Source: Basidiobolus meristosporus CBS 931.73 (lineage: Eukaryota > Fungi > Basidiobolomycota). From it: DNA of 34,736 nucleotides. The notes beneath the pieces were generated by a model, which saw only the letters and a program-made list of their open reading frames with translations, searched no databases and had not been told where the DNA came from. Both the position numbers and the translations under genes were made by a program. The stretch lies in the NCBI GenBank assembly GCA_002104905.1, contig MCFE01000800.1, forward strand, positions 1 through 34,736, written 5' to 3'. Below, piece after piece: positions 32,126 to 34,736 of the stretch (its first letter is position 1; the number at the start of each line of letters is the position of its first letter).

Positions 32126-34733
32126 CTAAATGCTCATACTGACTAGTCTTAATTTTGACCTAAGATATTCAAACTTGTCTCTAGCTAATGGTTTGGTAAA
32201 TATGTCTGCAATCATTTCATCTGTAGGACAGTAAACTATGCTAACTAAGTTATTCTCTATAGCTTCACGTATGAAATGATGTCTGATATCTATGTGCTTG
32301 GTTCTAGCATGAAAAGTTGGATTTCTACCTAATTGTATACATCCTTGATTATCTTGAAATAAAGTAATAGGCGTTTTTTGACATAGGCCTAAATCTGTAA
32401 ACAGCTTTCTTAGCCACATTGCTTCTTTTGTAGCTTCACAGGCTGCCATATACTCTGCCTCTGTGGTGGAAAGTGCTATGGTTGGTTGCTTTCTTGAATT
32501 CCATGATATTGCTTCTTTACAGTAAAGAAAGGCGTATCCTGTGGTGGATCTTCTGTCTTCTAAATTTTGTCCCCAATCAGCATCAGAGTATCCCACAAGA
32601 TCCTGTTCTGAATCCTTATAAGTACATCTTAAGCAGATATCAGCAGTTCCTTTTAGGTATCTAAAAATCCGCTTAACTGCTGCAATATGATCAGATCCAT
32701 AGTTCTGATTATGTTGGCTGACAACTCCCACTGAATATAAGATATCTGGATGTGTTCCAAGCATGATATACATCAGACTGCCGACCATAGATTGATAAGG
32801 AAAGTCAGGGCTTTCAGATGGCACCAAGCTCTCTTGATTTGGTAGAGTTTTGACCAAGCTAAGGTTTGTCTCCATTGGGGTAGCTGCCGGTTTACAGTCT
32901 TCCATTTTGTACTTCTTTAGTATATCTTGAATATACTTGGATTGGCTTAGAGTGATAATCTGGGTACTTCTATCTATGGAGAACTTAATCCCTAAGTAGT
33001 AACTAAGTTCTCCTAGATTGGACATCTTGAACTCCTTAGATAGGCTGGATTTAGTCTCTTCCAATGTTTCTAGGTTATTGGCGGCTATAATAAGATCATC
33101 CACATATAGAGCTAATAGAACTGGATTTGCTCTATCTGGCTTATAGTATATGCTATAGTCAGCATTACTCCTTTTGAAACTCAAAGATTCCAAATAAGAA
33201 TCTATCTTGCAATTCCAGGCTCTTGGTGATTGTTTGAGACCATATAGTGACTTTTTAAGCTTGCAGACCAAATGGGGGTTATCTTGGTCAATAAACCCAT
33301 CAGGCTGGTCCATATACATGTCCTCATCAAGTTCTTCATTCAAAAATGCAGTTTTTACATCCATTTGATGAATAAAAAACTTATATTTGGCTGCAATAGC
33401 CAAAATTAATCTGATGGTATTAAACTTGGCTACCTGTGCAAAGGTCTCAGTATAGTCAAGTCCTTTTGTTTGAGAGTATCCTTTGGCTACAATTTTTGCT
33501 TTGTATCTCTCAATTGTACCATCAGCCTTGTTTTTGTCTTGAAGACCCATATGCATCCAATTGATTTTTGGTTGATTGGTAATTTGACTAAGTCCCAAGT
33601 TTGATTTTCCATCAGGGCCTGATATTCCTCAGTCATTGCAGATCTCCAAAACTTTGTCTGAGGGCTATTTAGGGCCTCTTTTACAGTCTGGGGTTCATCA
33701 ATATGGACTGAATAGGCATAGGCTAAGTTTGTACCCTCATTAATATAGTAATTTGGGCTATTTCTTGTCCAATTTGATCTCCAGGCATCTGATACTGGAA
33801 TGATCACTTCTGGGATATTCCTGGGCACTGATTCTGGCTGAACCACAGTTGTAGAGTCCTCTGGAGTGAAAAAATTTTCATTGTTTTGCTCTGATTCAAT
33901 CCTGACAATTGGTGGACTTGAGATCAAATTTTTGTCATCATCTGATGTCATTTTTTGTGAAAATTTTGAATTTTCATCAAACAACACATCCCTGGACTTG
34001 ATAAGCTTCTTTGCTTTGGTATTGTAGAGTCTGTATGCCTTACTCTCATTGCAGTAGCCCAAAAATATACATTTTACACTTTTGGCTCAAATTTTGACTG
34101 ATTTCCGGCCAGTTTTTTGGCATATGCTGTACACCCAAATATTCTTAGATGTTCTGCACTTGGTCTGTATCCATACCATGCCTCAAATGGAGTAGAATCA
34201 CAAAGTATTCTGTTATAACTCCTATTTTTAAGGTATACAGCAGTGGCAACTGATTCCGCCCAAAAATCATAGGATAATATTTGATCATGGATCATAGATC
34301 TTGCCATATCAATTATTGATCTGTTAGCTCGTTCTGCTACTGCATTTTGCTGTGGGGAGTATGGTACAGTAGTCTCTTGCTTTATCCCATGAATTTTGCA
34401 GAAGTGGATGAAGAGTTTTGAGGTATATTCTCCACCATTGTCAGAGCGTATTTTCTTGATTTTTTCACCAGTTTCTCTCTCCACCATGGCTTTAAACTCC
34501 CTGAACTTAGACAGAGCTTCTTCCTTTCTCTTCATGAAGTAGACCCATGTGTATCTTGTATAATCATCAATAAAAGTGATTAAATACTTCATCCCGCCTA
34601 AGGATAAATTTTGCATAGGTCCACACAGATCTGAGTGAATTAGATCCAATTTTTTCTTAGTTTTGATTAACCCAGAGCTCTTGAACGGTTGTCTGGCTTG
34701 TTTCCCATATATGCAGGCTTCACAGTGCTCCAA
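32126..34733 (-). pseudogene. Copia pol (integrase-RT-RNase H) with two -1 frameshifts
   Basis: HSDLCGP/RSDNGGEY/NAVAER, YVDDL, DADW…ADIFTK. Frame changes at about 34080 (EPKS/VKCIFLGY) and about 33532 (FKTK/NKADG), each one A short in an A run. Confidence 0.9.
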
Positions 34734-34736
34734 ATT

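Larger units (their letters stand above)
31766..34736 (-). mobile_element. Ty1/copia element, 3' portion (continues beyond the window)
   Basis: 3' LTR at 31766-32114, PPT-like GTGTGGGAG at 32115-32123, and integrase, RT and RNase H ORFs. Confidence 0.95.

Overview
Eukaryotic, transposon-saturated, strongly CpG-depleted DNA. I found no host gene, RNA gene or CRISPR array. The Ty3/gypsy and CACTA protein remnants look like those of early-diverging fungi (inference only). Almost the whole window resolves into nested insertions, many with target-site duplications (TSDs) readable by eye. (1) A young Ty1/copia element at 4951-9635 has near-identical 369/368-bp LTRs, TSD TCTTA, a half-tRNAiMet primer site and a gag-pol frame broken by one TGA at the Gag/protease boundary. 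It sits inside a gypsy-type solo LTR (TSD GGAA), which sits inside an older copia RT. (2) A family of about 5-kb CACTA/CMC DNA transposons has CCCTA termini, a 4-bp TSD and two divergent ORFs. One copy has both ends (24808-30296, TSD AATG, splitting a copia pol) and three are partial. Two copies carry the same copia solo LTR at the same site. (3) A decayed chromodomain-bearing gypsy element (18967-24401, minus strand) has a 734-bp foldback element in its 5' LTR, with 347-bp arms and TSD ATT. (4) There are several further solo LTRs and copia remnants, and a frameshifted copia runs off the right edge. The best candidates for something undescribed are the CCCTA/4-bp-TSD two-ORF CACTA family with its unassigned second protein and piggy-backed LTR, and the long-arm foldback element whose loop-proximal half-arms are identical. 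All alignments and counts were done by eye, and family assignments rest on recalled motifs, not database searches.
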